A stretch of 64,000 bases of DNA from Bacillota bacterium (GCA_050949055.1 JBMNFA010000001.1:11116-75115); one strand, 5' to 3'. Shown: positions 19,711-31,003, counted from the first letter of the stretch. Notes: generated from the letters alone by a model not told the origin. A program made the numbers and translations.

Positions 19711-20077
19711 ATGAGGTTATCTAGGTTATACCGATTGTCTCCAACCAGATTATAATTAACCCCACAGGGCAAGTCAAACCCAATTGCCTAACAATCATAA
19801 AGCTTGTCTGTGCGACATATTGCTAATCTGTAGGTGTTTTGTTGCTTTGCCAGCTGCACATCCAGGTGGCGATAGCAGCACATAACTCGTCGGTGGGGAG
19901 ACCTTTTGGTTTTATCCAGAAGCAGCATATGCATCGCAGTTTGTTTTCTTAATCTTACGGTTATGAGAAAATTAAAATTCTTGCCTGATTTTTGTCTACT
20001 TCGCCCAGTGTTCATGGTACAATAGATGCGGCGTAAACGTCCGAACCAATATACTCTTACTAAAGGAGGGACCATTT

Positions 20078-21520
20078 ATGTTAAAGACCGATGCATTTAC
20101 TCCTTCACGTTTCACGGGAGAGGGAAGCATCACCTTGCGGGGTAAGGTAATTCCTTATCACACGGTCAGCGAAGACAACGTTTTCTACGACGATGAAGGT
20201 AAGGCCATTGCTTCTATCTTCTCCTACTCGTACTTCCGTTCAGACGTGGAAGATGTCAAATCCCGTCCGGTGCTGTTCTGCTTCAATGGCGGCCCGGGCA
20301 CTTCATCCATGATGGTCCACGTCGGCTTCCTAGGCACCAAGCGGATCAAGTACAGCGATGACATCGATGAGGATGGCATCCCGCTGCCTCCCTATGAGTC
20401 CTGCGACAACGCCCAATGCCTGCTGGACATCGCCGACATCGTCCTGGTGGATCCGGTGGGCACCGGCTTTGGCCGCCTGCTGGACGAGTCGAAGAAGGAC
20501 CTGTTCTGGGGCATCGAGCCGGATGCAGAGGCATTGCTCACCTTTATCCAGATGTGGCTGGCCCGCTACAACCGCTGGCAAAGCCCCAAGTATCTGGTGG
20601 GCGAGAGCTATGGGTGCACCCGTGCCAGCACTGCCGCCGCCATCGGCACTCTGGGCGGAGCAGATCGCGCCTACAGCGTCACCTTCGATGGTTTGATCAT
20701 GATCGGCAACACGGTTAGTCCCGGAAAATTCTTTGCCGACAAGAAGGATGTCTACCCGGCCGTGTTGGCTTTCCCCACCTTGGCAGCGGTCAACTGGTAC
20801 CACAATCATCCTTCGGAGCAAACGGTGGAGGAGTTTGTGGCCGAGGCCAAGCAGTTTGCCGACACCGAGTATCTATTGGCTCTCTATCAAGGCGAATCCC
20901 TGCAGGGTGACGCTCGCGAACATATTATCGAACGCGTAATCTACTACACCGGTGTATCCCGCGAGTATCTGGAGCGGCGGGCGCTGTTTGTAGACGATGT
21001 GGAGTTCCGCAGCCAGGTGCTCCGCCACAAGGGGCGTGCAGTGGCCCGCTTGGATGGCCGCATCACTCGTCCGCTGTACTCGCCGCTGCAGGATGAGATG
21101 ACCTGGGGTATCCGCGATGACGGTTCGCAGGGCAAGTACGATTCCTTCTTCCAGTCGGTGCTGTGCGGCGAGGTATTCCCGCTGCTCGGAATCAAGAACT
21201 GGGATCGCAACTTCGTCAACTCCGCTGGGCTGTACGGCAAGTGGAACAACGATATCAAGGGCCGCAACACCTCGCTCAGCCTCAGCAGTGCCATGCGCCG
21301 GGTGCCGACCATGCGCACGTTCTTCATCAACGGCTGGTACGATATCTGCACCCAGTTCGGCATCCTCTGGTACACGCTCAACCATGCCGGTCTGCCGATG
21401 GATCGCATCTTTGTCAAGGGATATAAGGCCGGCCATATGTCGTACTTGGGTGAGGACAACATCCAAGAGGTTACCGACGACATGTATAAGTTCATCCTGG
21501 GCAACGACCCCACCAAATAG
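20078..21520 (+). CDS. S10-family serine carboxypeptidase
   Basis: FNGGPG, DPVGTGF, GESYG, AGHMSY. Confidence 0.9.
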   Translation: MLKTDAFTPSRFTGEGSITLRGKVIPYHTVSEDNVFYDDEGKAIASIFSYSYFRSDVEDVKSRPVLFCFNGGPGTSSMMVHVGFLGTKRIKYSDDIDEDGIPLPPYESCDNAQCLLDIADIVLVDPVGTGFGRLLDESKKDLFWGIEPDAEALLTFIQMWLARYNRWQSPKYLVGESYGCTRASTAAAIGTLGGADRAYSVTFDGLIMIGNTVSPGKFFADKKDVYPAVLAFPTLAAVNWYHNHPSEQTVEEFVAEAKQFADTEYLLALYQGESLQGDAREHIIERVIYYTGVSREYLERRALFVDDVEFRSQVLRHKGRAVARLDGRITRPLYSPLQDEMTWGIRDDGSQGKYDSFFQSVLCGEVFPLLGIKNWDRNFVNSAGLYGKWNNDIKGRNTSLSLSSAMRRVPTMRTFFINGWYDICTQFGILWYTLNHAGLPMDRIFVKGYKAGHMSYLGEDNIQEVTDDMYKFILGNDPTK

Positions 21521-21876
21521 GGGCTTAAGAACGTCGCGGCCGGCACGATGATGCCGGCCGTGCTTCTTTTTGCCCTCGGCGCTAGCCATGGCCGGCCGAC
21601 CAGGGCATGCCGCCTTACGCGTGCAAGAATATTGGCTTCCCCAAACCTTTCTGCGCAGGACTTCCTTTGGCTGATGGCAAATAGATGCATCAGTGGGCCT
21701 ACGGTCTAGAGCACGTTTTGGGGTTGGGCTGAGGGTTGCAGGCAACCAGTCCGAGATCACTGAAGAAGCCTGCAATGGTCATTCGCATGCGTCGTGAGGT
21801 GGGCGAAGACGACTTGACGCCTGGCGATGGCGGCGGTAAAAGGGACAATCTGACAATCTGCAAAGGAGTGGTGTCG

Positions 21877-23880
21877 GTGTCAAAGATCAACCTGGAAGAG
21901 ATCCTGGCGGTGAAGTATCTGGGAGCCTGGGATTGGTCGCCGGACGGGAGGTGGATCAGCTATCTTTGGAGTGACGGAGGTCTGGTGGACTGCTGGCTGG
22001 TGCCCACCGCTGGCGGGGAGGCCAAACGACTGACCCAAGCGAAGAACAAGGTGGCGGCAGCTGCCTGGAATCGCCGCAGTGGCGCGCTGGCGCTGGTGGT
22101 AGATGGCGACCTGTATCTGGCCGAGCAGGCAGATGGCTGGTTTAGCCTGCGTCGGGTAACAGCCAGCGGCGACATCGGCGCCACGCTGGTCTGGAGCAAC
22201 GACGGAGAGTCGTTGCTGCTCAGCATGGGTGGCGGCTTCTATCTGCTGCAAGGGGAACTGTGGCGCAAGCTGAAGTTTTCCGGCAAGCCGCAGACAGCAG
22301 TGTGGTCGCCGGACAGCCAGCGCCTGCTGATTCGTTTCACCGATCCGGATTACAGGGACAAGTTGCTGCTCGCCACCCGGGAAGGCACCGTCCTCTGGTA
22401 CAGCGATAACAGCCAGGCGGGAGTGTCCGATGCCCAGTGGCTGGATGAAGGGCGCTTTGTCTATCAGGTGAGTAAGGACATATCGCGTGTGCACGATTGG
22501 TATTTGGCCACTCTGCCGACGGACGGGGAGTGGGCAGATTACACCGGGGTGGGCGAGCAACTGAAGCTCCGTCCGACCATCACCCACCTCTACCAGGAGC
22601 GGCAGGAGGACCGGCGGGGCGCGTTACGCTTCTCCGGAGTGATGCCCAGCCCGGGCGGTCAGCATCTGCTGTTCCGGCTGGAGCTGGATGGCTGGGTACA
22701 CTTCTATCGCTATGACTTGGACAGTCGGCAGATGCAGCAACTCACCCGCGGCCAGTGCGAGGACCTGGGGCACGCCACCGATCTGCCTGCTTGGGCTCCG
22801 GAGGGTCAGCGCTTTACTTACTCCAGCAACCGGGACGACCTGATCAGGCGAGACTTGTGGGTCTACGACATGACTACTGGCAAGCAGGAAAAGGTGACCG
22901 ACTTCCCGGTGACCAACCTGCAACCTAAGTGGTCACCCGACGGTTGCCGCATCGCCTTCGTGCACTGCGACCAGTATTTGGCCCCGGATATTTGGGTGCT
23001 TGACCTAGAGCAGGGTGAGCAGCGGCAGCTGACCAACTCCATGCCCCCCTGCCTGGCGGAAAAACTGCAGGCGCAGGAGCAGGTCACTTTCAAGGGAGCG
23101 CAGGACTGGCATATCGACGGCTTCTTGCTCAAGCCCAAGGATTTTGACCCGAATAAGAAATACCCGGCTCTGGTCTGGGTGCATGGGGGACCGATCCGGC
23201 AGCTGAGGGGCAGCTGGCATCCGTCCTATTCCTACGCTCACTTCTACGCGGTCAACCAGTATCTGGCCAGCCAGGGCTATGTCACCCTCTCGCTCAACTA
23301 TCGGGGCGGCATCGGCTACGGCAAGGGGTTCCGTTTCGGACTCTACCAGAAGATGGGCGTGGACGATGTGGTGGACGTGGTCAGTGCCGGCCGCTTCCTG
23401 AAGAGCCTACCCTATGTGGATGAGAACAAGGTCGGCGTCTATGGCCTAAGCTACGGCGGCTACATGACCCTGCACTGTTTGACCCAATATCCAGAGGAGT
23501 TCGCTATCGGCATCAACTTCGCCGGCATCTGGGACTTTGCCCAATGGACCCGCTGGATCGAATCCCGGGGACGGCGCGGCGGCACCCAGTTCGCCTGCTA
23601 TTTCTGCGGCATGCCAGACGATGCGCCCGAGTACTATGCCCAGGGCTCGCCGGTCACCTTCCGCGAGAATCTGTGCAAGCCGCTGATCAACTTCCACGGC
23701 ACCAAAGATGCCAATGTGGACTTTGAGCAGCTGGACCGCATCGTGGAGGATTGCGTGCGGCTGGGCAAGACCTATGAGGCCTATTACTACCCCAACGAAG
23801 TGCACATGTTCGCCCATCGTCGCACCTGGCGGGACGTGTTGCCCAAGATGGAGCGGGAGCTGGAAAAATACCTGAAGTGA
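21877..23880 (+). CDS. S9-family (acylaminoacyl/prolyl oligo-) peptidase
   Basis: WSPDG propeller repeats, VHGGP, GLSYGG, HGTKD, EVH. Confidence 0.9.
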   Translation: MSKINLEEILAVKYLGAWDWSPDGRWISYLWSDGGLVDCWLVPTAGGEAKRLTQAKNKVAAAAWNRRSGALALVVDGDLYLAEQADGWFSLRRVTASGDIGATLVWSNDGESLLLSMGGGFYLLQGELWRKLKFSGKPQTAVWSPDSQRLLIRFTDPDYRDKLLLATREGTVLWYSDNSQAGVSDAQWLDEGRFVYQVSKDISRVHDWYLATLPTDGEWADYTGVGEQLKLRPTITHLYQERQEDRRGALRFSGVMPSPGGQHLLFRLELDGWVHFYRYDLDSRQMQQLTRGQCEDLGHATDLPAWAPEGQRFTYSSNRDDLIRRDLWVYDMTTGKQEKVTDFPVTNLQPKWSPDGCRIAFVHCDQYLAPDIWVLDLEQGEQRQLTNSMPPCLAEKLQAQEQVTFKGAQDWHIDGFLLKPKDFDPNKKYPALVWVHGGPIRQLRGSWHPSYSYAHFYAVNQYLASQGYVTLSLNYRGGIGYGKGFRFGLYQKMGVDDVVDVVSAGRFLKSLPYVDENKVGVYGLSYGGYMTLHCLTQYPEEFAIGINFAGIWDFAQWTRWIESRGRRGGTQFACYFCGMPDDAPEYYAQGSPVTFRENLCKPLINFHGTKDANVDFEQLDRIVEDCVRLGKTYEAYYYPNEVHMFAHRRTWRDVLPKMERELEKYLK

Positions 23881-23932
23881 AGAAAAGTGGGTTTTCGGAA
23901 CCGTCCCCAAAAACCCACCTGATGGGGAAGCC

Positions 23933-23961
23933 TTGACTTGCGACCGGTGAGTTGCTAGAAT
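23933..23961 (+). promoter_or_regulatory. SigA-type promoter for glyS
   Basis: TTGACT-17 bp-TAGAAT with an upstream TG. Confidence 0.7.
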
Positions 23962-23979
23962 GAATTCCAACAACTGCAT

Positions 23980-24180
23980 GAGCGATGAGGAAGAGGAACC
24001 GACTACGCCTGTGTCAGCGAGCCAGGGAGGGTGTGAGCCTGGCCACGGTGGGGAGGGGTGGCGCTTCGGAGCTTGAGGTATGCCATTGAGGTGGGCCGAA
24101 CATTCGGCCAACAAGGGTGGAACCGCGGAAGCTGACAGGCCTTTCGTCCCTTACTAAGGGATGATTGGCCTGTTTTTTCT
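23980..24180 (+). promoter_or_regulatory. Gly T-box riboswitch
   Basis: GCGATGA stem I, GGC specifier near 24059, T-box AAGGGTGGAACCGCG, then a terminator with a T-tract. Confidence 0.9.
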
Positions 24181-24267
24181 CGCCGACAGTGAAACAAAAG
24201 GGACAGTTCTTTTTGTTTCGCCCGTCTGAGCAGAAACATACTACCGCTACTCTCAGGAGGTAATGGA

Positions 24268-25659
24268 ATGATGACAGAACGCGTAACCATGGAGAAACTG
24301 GTGGCCCTCTGCAAAGCCCGGGGCTTCATTTTCGCCGGGTCGGAGATCTATGGCGGCCTGGCCAACACCTGGGATTATGGCCCCTTGGGCGTGGAGATGA
24401 AGAACAATATCAAGCGCGCCTGGTGGCAGAAATTTGTGCAGCAGTCGCCCTACAACGTGGGCTTGGATGCGTCTATCCTGATGAATCCCCAAACCTGGGT
24501 GGCTTCCGGGCACCTGGGCAACTTCGCCGATCCGCTGCTGGATTGCCGCGAATGTCGCGCACGCTTCCGGGCAGACCATCTGATCGAGGAGTTTGGCCAG
24601 GCAGAAGGAAAGGAGCTGCCGGCCGAAGGGTTGAGCAACGAACAGTTGAAGGAGATCATCGACCAACAGCAGATCCCCTGCCCCAAGTGCGGTGCCAAGA
24701 ACTTCACCGATATCCGCCAGTTCAACCTGATGTTCAAGACGTTCCAGGGAGTGACCGAGGACTCCAAGTCGGAGATCTACCTGCGCCCCGAGACCGCCCA
24801 GGGCATCTTTGTCAACTTCCGCAACGTATTGCGCACCAGCCGCAAGAAGCTGCCCTTCGGCATCGGTCAGATCGGCAAGGCTTTCCGCAACGAGATCACC
24901 CCCGGCAACTTTGTCTTCCGCACCCGCGAGTTTGAGCAGATGGAACTGGAGTTCTTCTGCAAGCCAGGCGAGGATATGCAGTGGTTTGAGTACTGGCGCT
25001 CCTTCTGCCGCGATTGGCTGTACAGCATCGGCATGAAGCCGGATTACCTGCGCCTGCGCGACCACGATCCGGAAGAGCTTTCCCACTACAGCACCGCCAC
25101 CACGGACTTCGAGTACCAGTTCCCCTTCGGGTGGGGCGAGCTGTGGGGTGTAGCTAACCGCACCGATTTCGACCTCAAATCCCATCAGGAAGTCTCCGGC
25201 CAGGACATGACCTACCTGGATCCGGAAACCAACGAGCGTTACATTCCGTATTGCATCGAGCCTTCGGTAGGCGTGGAGCGCCTGCTGTTGGCCCTGTTGG
25301 CGGACGCATATGAAGAGCAGGAGATCGCTGCCGGCGATGTGCGCACGGTGTTGCATCTGCATCCCGCCATCGCTCCGGTGCAGGTAGCGGTGCTGCCCCT
25401 GAGCAAGAAGCTGGCCGAGCCGGCGCTGGCCCTCTACGACCAGCTGCGCCGGCGGTTTGCTGCCCAATACGACGAAACCGGCAGCATCGGCAAGCGCTAC
25501 CGCCGCCAGGATGAGATCGGCACACCGTACTGCGTCACCTTTGATTTCGATTCAATGACAGACCAGGCGGTGACCGTGCGCGACCGAGACAGCATGGAAC
25601 AGGTCCGACTGCCCATCGCCGAACTGCCTGCCTACCTGCAAGAGCGAATGGAGTTCTGA
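24268..25659 (+). CDS. glyS: Glycine--tRNA ligase (alpha2 type)
   Basis: [47 protein letters not shown]-box upstream. Confidence 0.97.
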   Translation: MMTERVTMEKLVALCKARGFIFAGSEIYGGLANTWDYGPLGVEMKNNIKRAWWQKFVQQSPYNVGLDASILMNPQTWVASGHLGNFADPLLDCRECRARFRADHLIEEFGQAEGKELPAEGLSNEQLKEIIDQQQIPCPKCGAKNFTDIRQFNLMFKTFQGVTEDSKSEIYLRPETAQGIFVNFRNVLRTSRKKLPFGIGQIGKAFRNEITPGNFVFRTREFEQMELEFFCKPGEDMQWFEYWRSFCRDWLYSIGMKPDYLRLRDHDPEELSHYSTATTDFEYQFPFGWGELWGVANRTDFDLKSHQEVSGQDMTYLDPETNERYIPYCIEPSVGVERLLLALLADAYEEQEIAAGDVRTVLHLHPAIAPVQVAVLPLSKKLAEPALALYDQLRRRFAAQYDETGSIGKRYRRQDEIGTPYCVTFDFDSMTDQAVTVRDRDSMEQVRLPIAELPAYLQERMEF

Positions 25660-25720
25660 GATGCAAAATTGGGGACTGTCCCCGTTTTTGCACAATCACC
25701 GGGAAAGGATTTGCCGCTAG

Positions 25721-26557
25721 ATGAGTCTACGCTTCTGTTCATTGGGAAGCAGCAGTTCAGGCAACTGCTACTTTATAGAGAGCAACGGGGGTACCCGCAT
25801 CCTGGTGGATGCGGGCATCCCGCTGCGCCGGCTGGAACGCCGACTGTCGCAGCTGAACATACACCCCGCGTCCATCCAGGGGGTGTTTTTGACCCATGCC
25901 CACCGCGATCACGTGGCGTCATATCTGATCAAGCATCCCTTCGCCACCCGCTATGGACTGCACAGCTATGCTACGACTCCCACCTGGCATGCATTGCTGG
26001 CTTGCGGATGCGGCCAGCTGAACCACGATCGCTGCCATCGGCTGGAGGCGGGCGAGTCGGTCACGGTCGGTGACCTGAGGGTTGCCGCCCTGGCCAAGCC
26101 CCACGATGCCGCCGGTGCCGTCTGTTATCGCATATCCACTGCCGACGTATCCTTGGCGGTGGTCACTGACTTGGGCTACCTGCCTCCGGAGCTGCTGCAG
26201 GCTTTGCGAGGCTGCCATTATTATGTCTTTGAAGCCAATCACGATGTGGCTTTGGAGCGCCAGTCGCAGCGGCCTTGGTCCCTGAAGCAAAGGGTGCTGG
26301 GGGACTACGGGCATCTCTCCAACGAGCAGGCGGCAGAGAGTTTGGCCCAGTTGGCCACGGAAGCTAAAGGTATCTACTTGGCGCACCTGAGCGAAGAGTG
26401 TAATTTGCCGGATCTGGCCACGTTGGTGGTCAGAGAGCACCTGCACCGCGCAGGTTTGAATGTGACTGTTGTGCATCTGCCGACCAGGGGAGTGAGTCCG
26501 TTCTTTGGTGAGCCCAGACAAGCAGTGCAACTGGCGTTGGTGGGAGAAGAAGACTGA
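25721..26557 (+). CDS. MBL-fold metallo-hydrolase (YycJ/WalJ-like)
   Basis: GSSSSGN, THAHRDH, PHDA, TDLG, EANHD, GHLSN, AHLS. Confidence 0.88.
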   Translation: MSLRFCSLGSSSSGNCYFIESNGGTRILVDAGIPLRRLERRLSQLNIHPASIQGVFLTHAHRDHVASYLIKHPFATRYGLHSYATTPTWHALLACGCGQLNHDRCHRLEAGESVTVGDLRVAALAKPHDAAGAVCYRISTADVSLAVVTDLGYLPPELLQALRGCHYYVFEANHDVALERQSQRPWSLKQRVLGDYGHLSNEQAAESLAQLATEAKGIYLAHLSEECNLPDLATLVVREHLHRAGLNVTVVHLPTRGVSPFFGEPRQAVQLALVGEED

Positions 26558-26634
26558 ACTGAAACACTTGAGATAGGCCGCACGACAGGCCTGCGATGAC
26601 TGAGCGGACTAGTACTAAGAAAAGAGGGTGGACG

Positions 26635-28452
26635 ATGCAGCCACGCTATTTGCTGCACGAGGTAACTGAACAACTGACTGCGGTGGCGATGGGCCGGCAA
26701 CCGGCCCAGCTGGTGATCACCGATGCCCGGCTGGTAAATGTGAACACCGGTGAGATTCAAGACGGTGTTGGCGTTGCCATTACCCACGGACGGATCGCCC
26801 TGGTGGGCGACGTCAGTCACACCATCGGTGAGCAGACTGAGGTGATCGCTGCCGCCGAGCGCTACTTGGCACCGGGCTTCATCGACGGGCACATTCACGT
26901 GGAGAGCAGCATGCTCACCGTCCGCGAGTATTCCCGGGCGGTGGTGCCCCACGGCACCACTTGCATCATCATGGACCCCCACGAGATAGCTAACGTGCTG
27001 GGAATGCAGGGCATTCGCTGCATGATTGAAGAGGGGAAACAGGTGCCGTTGCGCGTGTACGTAGCCATGCCGTCCTGCGTGCCGGCGGCACCGGGATTCG
27101 AGGATACCGGGGCGAGCATCGGTCCGGCGGAGGTGGTTGAAGCGATGTCCTGGCCTGAGGTGATCGGGTTAGGCGAGCTGATGAATTTCCCCGGAGTGTT
27201 GGAGGGCGACGGTCTGATGCACCGCGAACTGCAGGCCACCTTGCAGGCGGGGAAGACGGTTACCGGCCACTATTCCCTGCCGGAGACCGGCCGCGGCCTG
27301 AACGCCTACATCGCCTCCGGCGTCCGCTGCTGTCACGAGTCGGTGCGCAAGGAGGATGCCTTAGCCAAGATGCGCCTGGGCATGTACGCGCAGCTCCGGG
27401 AGGGGTCTGCCTGGCACGATGTGCAGGAGACGGTGCGCGCCATCACAGAGGAGCAGATCGACACCCGTTTTGCCACTCTGGTCAGCGATGACACCCACCC
27501 CCATACCTTGCTGGAGCTGGGGCACATGGACCACATTTTGCGGCGAGCCATCGCCGAGGGCGTGAACTCGGTCACTGCCATCCAGATGGCCACCATCAAC
27601 GTGGCCGAGAGCTTTGGCCTGGCCCGAGACTTGGGCAGTGTGTCGCCCGGCAAGTGGGCAGACATGGTGCTGCTGGACGATCTAGAGCAGCTGCGGGTCA
27701 GCTCAGTGTTGATTAACGGCGAGTTAGTGGCCCAAGATGGGCGGATGCTGCTGTCCTCACCAGAGTTTCTGTATCCTGCGGCCGCCCGCCAAACTGTCCA
27801 TCTGGCTGCGCCGCTGATGTCCATCGACTTTGCCCTCCGCCCGCATAACATCAATGCCAGCGACGTGATTGTGCGGGTGATGCAAGTGATGGAAGCGAAA
27901 GTGGGCACCTGGGCCAAGCAAGCGGTGCTGCCCGTGCAGGATGGCTTTGTGGCGCTGGACCCCGCCCAGGATATCGCCAAAGTAGCGGTGTTTGAACGCC
28001 ATCGGGGTAGCGGCAGCTACGGTTTGGGCTTCGTGCAGGGCTTTGGCCTGCAGGGAGGAGCAGTGGCGTCCACCGTCGCTCACGACAGTCATAACTTGCT
28101 GATCATGGGGATGAACGATGAGGACATGGCTGCGGCTGGCAATGCGGTGGCCGAGGCCGGTGGCGGAATGGCTGTGGTGCGGGATGGACAGGTGCTGGCT
28201 TTGTTGCCGTTACCTATAGCCGGACTGATGTCCGACCGCCCACTGGAAGAGGTGGCGGCCAAGGTGGCTGCGCTGGATCAGGCTTGGAAGGCGTTGGGCT
28301 GCCGGATGGTAGCACCCTTCATGACCATGGCGTTGCTGGCCCTAGCGGTGCTTCCCGAGCTGCGGTTGACCAACCGCGGCCTGGTGGATACGGTGGCCTT
28401 TGAGTTTGTGGACCTGATTGTGGCCGAACGCATGGATCAGGTGAAGCTATAG
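26635..28452 (+). CDS. ade: Adenine deaminase
   Basis: PGFIDGHIHVESS, DPHEIANV, PSCVP, REGS, SDD, VAHDSHN. Confidence 0.95.
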   Translation: MQPRYLLHEVTEQLTAVAMGRQPAQLVITDARLVNVNTGEIQDGVGVAITHGRIALVGDVSHTIGEQTEVIAAAERYLAPGFIDGHIHVESSMLTVREYSRAVVPHGTTCIIMDPHEIANVLGMQGIRCMIEEGKQVPLRVYVAMPSCVPAAPGFEDTGASIGPAEVVEAMSWPEVIGLGELMNFPGVLEGDGLMHRELQATLQAGKTVTGHYSLPETGRGLNAYIASGVRCCHESVRKEDALAKMRLGMYAQLREGSAWHDVQETVRAITEEQIDTRFATLVSDDTHPHTLLELGHMDHILRRAIAEGVNSVTAIQMATINVAESFGLARDLGSVSPGKWADMVLLDDLEQLRVSSVLINGELVAQDGRMLLSSPEFLYPAAARQTVHLAAPLMSIDFALRPHNINASDVIVRVMQVMEAKVGTWAKQAVLPVQDGFVALDPAQDIAKVAVFERHRGSGSYGLGFVQGFGLQGGAVASTVAHDSHNLLIMGMNDEDMAAAGNAVAEAGGGMAVVRDGQVLALLPLPIAGLMSDRPLEEVAAKVAALDQAWKALGCRMVAPFMTMALLALAVLPELRLTNRGLVDTVAFEFVDLIVAERMDQVKL

Positions 28453-28468
28453 CCAAATGACACGACTG

Positions 28469-28528
28469 CGGACATGGGGACGGTTCTACTGTCCGGCGAG
28501 CCGGACAGCAGAACCGTCCCCATGTCCG
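28469..28528. repeat. Inverted REP-like doublet
   Basis: CGGACATGGGGACGGTTCT..AGAACCGTCCCCATGTCCG between convergent genes. Confidence 0.8.
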
Positions 28529-28558
28529 GATAACACGACTTGCTCTGTGCTCAGCCCC

Positions 28559-29662
28559 TCACCGACGGTTCCTCTGGGGCAAAATCAGCGGTGTCTGCTT
28601 GATGTCCAATAGCCCTTGCCGAATGCGCTCTACTGCCTGCGCCACCCGCGCGGGATCGGCACCTGGCGGCACGCGGGCCCCGCGCAGCAATCCCTCCAGC
28701 TGCTCACTGCCAGACATCAGGCCAGCCTGGTCTAGAATCTCCTGCAGTCGCTGCACTTCCGTCAGCAGCTCCACCGGTTGGCGCTGCAGCAGATATTTCA
28801 CAGTCGCCCATAGTGCGCCGATGCATCTATCCATTAATTCTGGACTGAGTACATATCCTACCGGCAGGGTGATCACAAGTTCGCCCGAACCCGGTGCCCG
28901 GTCCAATGCCTGCTGGCGCGCCGCCAACTCGTGCGGAGGCAACAGCTCCGCCAAGGTATGGTAGCCCTCCCTCCAGATTCCCCGCACGATCTGACCGACG
29001 GCATCGGCCGCCGCCCCCATGTCCACTTGCATAGGCTCGGTACCCAGGCACCAAAGGGCGGCCCAGTCGCTCAAGAATGACTTCGGCCGCGGCAACAGGT
29101 TGACCGATCGCTTTGGCAAGACCCGGCCATGGTAAATGCGCAGCAGGGCTTCCGCCTGGTCGGCGAAGTGCGCTGCCGCCCCGAGGTAAGCGTGCCCCCA
29201 GGGCTCGGCGGCCAGCATCTCCTCGGCATGATAACTCAATTGTTCCAGCTGTTTTTCCCACAGGATGCGGCCATATAGCTCCACGCGCGGCAAGCGAGCC
29301 TCGATCATCCGCTGTGCGATGGGCAGGACGCCTGCTGGGTCATGCCAGGGAATTGCTTGCTGCACGTCTCCGGCCAACAGCCACCAGTCGGTCACCTGCC
29401 GCCCCTCCGGTGCATACAGCTCCGCCATGAACAGCGCCAGAGGCTTAACCACCACCTGGGCCAACTCACCCCTGGGGAAAAGAAAGATATGTTCCACATT
29501 CTCTGCGGTCAGCGCCAACAGGTTGACATCCGAAAAGGGCTTGGCGTCTCCCCGGGCCTGGGAGCCTATCAGCAATACCGCCCTGAGCATGGTGCCATAT
29601 CTGTCGGTCAGTTGCCGCATCAGTATTGTCTGCAGGTCGTGTGACTTTTGCTTGGCCAGCAT
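28559..29662 (-). CDS. Nucleotidyltransferase-domain protein (Pol-beta superfamily)
   Basis: LIGSQARGDAKPFSDVNL near the N-terminus, predicted helical C-terminus. Confidence 0.65.
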   Translation of the reverse strand: MLAKQKSHDLQTILMRQLTDRYGTMLRAVLLIGSQARGDAKPFSDVNLLALTAENVEHIFLFPRGELAQVVVKPLALFMAELYAPEGRQVTDWWLLAGDVQQAIPWHDPAGVLPIAQRMIEARLPRVELYGRILWEKQLEQLSYHAEEMLAAEPWGHAYLGAAAHFADQAEALLRIYHGRVLPKRSVNLLPRPKSFLSDWAALWCLGTEPMQVDMGAAADAVGQIVRGIWREGYHTLAELLPPHELAARQQALDRAPGSGELVITLPVGYVLSPELMDRCIGALWATVKYLLQRQPVELLTEVQRLQEILDQAGLMSGSEQLEGLLRGARVPPGADPARVAQAVERIRQGLLDIKQTPLILPQRNRR

Positions 29663-29666
29663 GCGT

Positions 29667-30092
29667 CTATTCTTGCCAGAGGTAAAGCCCTGTCTCCGGA
29701 TCCAGTTTTCGCTGCTGGGGAATACCGTCCAAATCAAAGATAGTCATCTCGGTGACGAATATGCGGCTGCCCGGCATCAGATGTCCAGCGTAGATACGCC
29801 CGCTGGCACCCGCCAAGACCACGTGCACATGGGCTACCGGCTGCCCGTCCTTCTGCGAGATGGTGCCCATGCCGGAAGCTATCTCGGCAAATTCATTGAC
29901 CTCGGTCACCTCATACTCGCCAGTTTCGGGGTTAAAGCAACCCACCCTGGCCTGATAAAGGGCACCGATGAACTGCACCGTCCCCGAATCCACCAACAGG
30001 TTGTCCAACGCCTTGTCCAGCTCTTGCAGCAGATCCTGATTGCGCTGCAAAGGAAGCTGAAAGATGTGGCCGGCATCAAATTGCCTGATCAT
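29667..30092 (-). CDS. PPC/DUF296 domain protein
   Basis: IGAL, EIASGMGTI, HVHVV, AGHL. Confidence 0.88.
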   Translation of the reverse strand: MIRQFDAGHIFQLPLQRNQDLLQELDKALDNLLVDSGTVQFIGALYQARVGCFNPETGEYEVTEVNEFAEIASGMGTISQKDGQPVAHVHVVLAGASGRIYAGHLMPGSRIFVTEMTIFDLDGIPQQRKLDPETGLYLWQE

Positions 30093-30374
30093 CAGACACC
30101 TCTCCTTTCGCTGAGCGGATGCATCATGCTGTTGCACCCTCACTTCACCTCTGATTATACATGAGCGCAGACCTTTATGCCCGTTCTCTGCCGGCACCGC
30201 TCTGAATTATGTGGCAACTCTTCCGGTCCCCCACTGGTGACAGAACAGTACCGACTGCGCGAAACTGGACAGAAGGAGGATATGGAACGATTGCCAGCGA
30301 AGTGTACACGGACCACTATCATCTAAAGGAGGTTCAGGGCCACAAACATACTGCGGCGGCGAGCAGGAGCCATC

Positions 30375-30833
30375 TCAGGACGACTCGCTCATCTTGAACA
30401 GCAGCCAGTTGTTGCCGTCCGTGTGCACCAGCTTATATCCGCCCTTTACCCGTTCGCCCAGCATCGCCAAGGTGATCTTCTTGTCGGTGTATTCGGCTGC
30501 CGCATAGTGCCCCTTGTCCCAAATGAACACTTCGCCGGCACCGTAGTTTCCGGCCGGGATAGTGCCGGAGAAATCGATGTAGTCCAAGGGGTGGTCTTCC
30601 ACTTGCACCGCTAGGCGCTTGATTCCCGGCCGCAGCGGTATGCCTTTGGGCACCGCCCAACTCTTTAGCACCCCGTCTCGCTCCAGCCGTAGATCCCAGT
30701 GCAACCGGCGGGCGTGGTGTTCCTGGATCACAAAGCGGGGAAAGTGAGTAGCCGGTTGGCTGGCAACCCGATCTCCACTGGGCTCGGGGGTCTGGTCAAA
30801 GTCCCTTTTCTGTTGGTAATGTCTCAAAGGCAT
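30375..30833 (-). CDS. Stand-alone LigD 3'-phosphoesterase domain protein
   Basis: YQQKRDFDQTPEP, FVIQEHHARRLHWDLRLE, SWAVPKG, EDHPLDY, GNYGAG. Confidence 0.92.
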   Translation of the reverse strand: MPLRHYQQKRDFDQTPEPSGDRVASQPATHFPRFVIQEHHARRLHWDLRLERDGVLKSWAVPKGIPLRPGIKRLAVQVEDHPLDYIDFSGTIPAGNYGAGEVFIWDKGHYAAAEYTDKKITLAMLGERVKGGYKLVHTDGNNWLLFKMSESS

Positions 30834-31003
30834 TGATCTTGCCTCCCAACTAATGCGACGGTGAGGCAACACCTTTTCTGCTGCCTGGCTCCGAAGCATT
30901 TATTACAGTTTCGTTTCTTTGCGGGAACTTTCTCAAGCCATTGGCGTCAGGAAAAGAGGATAAACATACCAAGAACAGCACGTCTATAAGGGAGTGATTT
31001 GTC

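Noticed and set aside
24253-25467. Long antisense ORFs (also 8882-9676, 36467-37399, 60039-61118, 61641-62573)
   Set aside because: Shadow ORFs opposite well-supported genes in GC-rich DNA.
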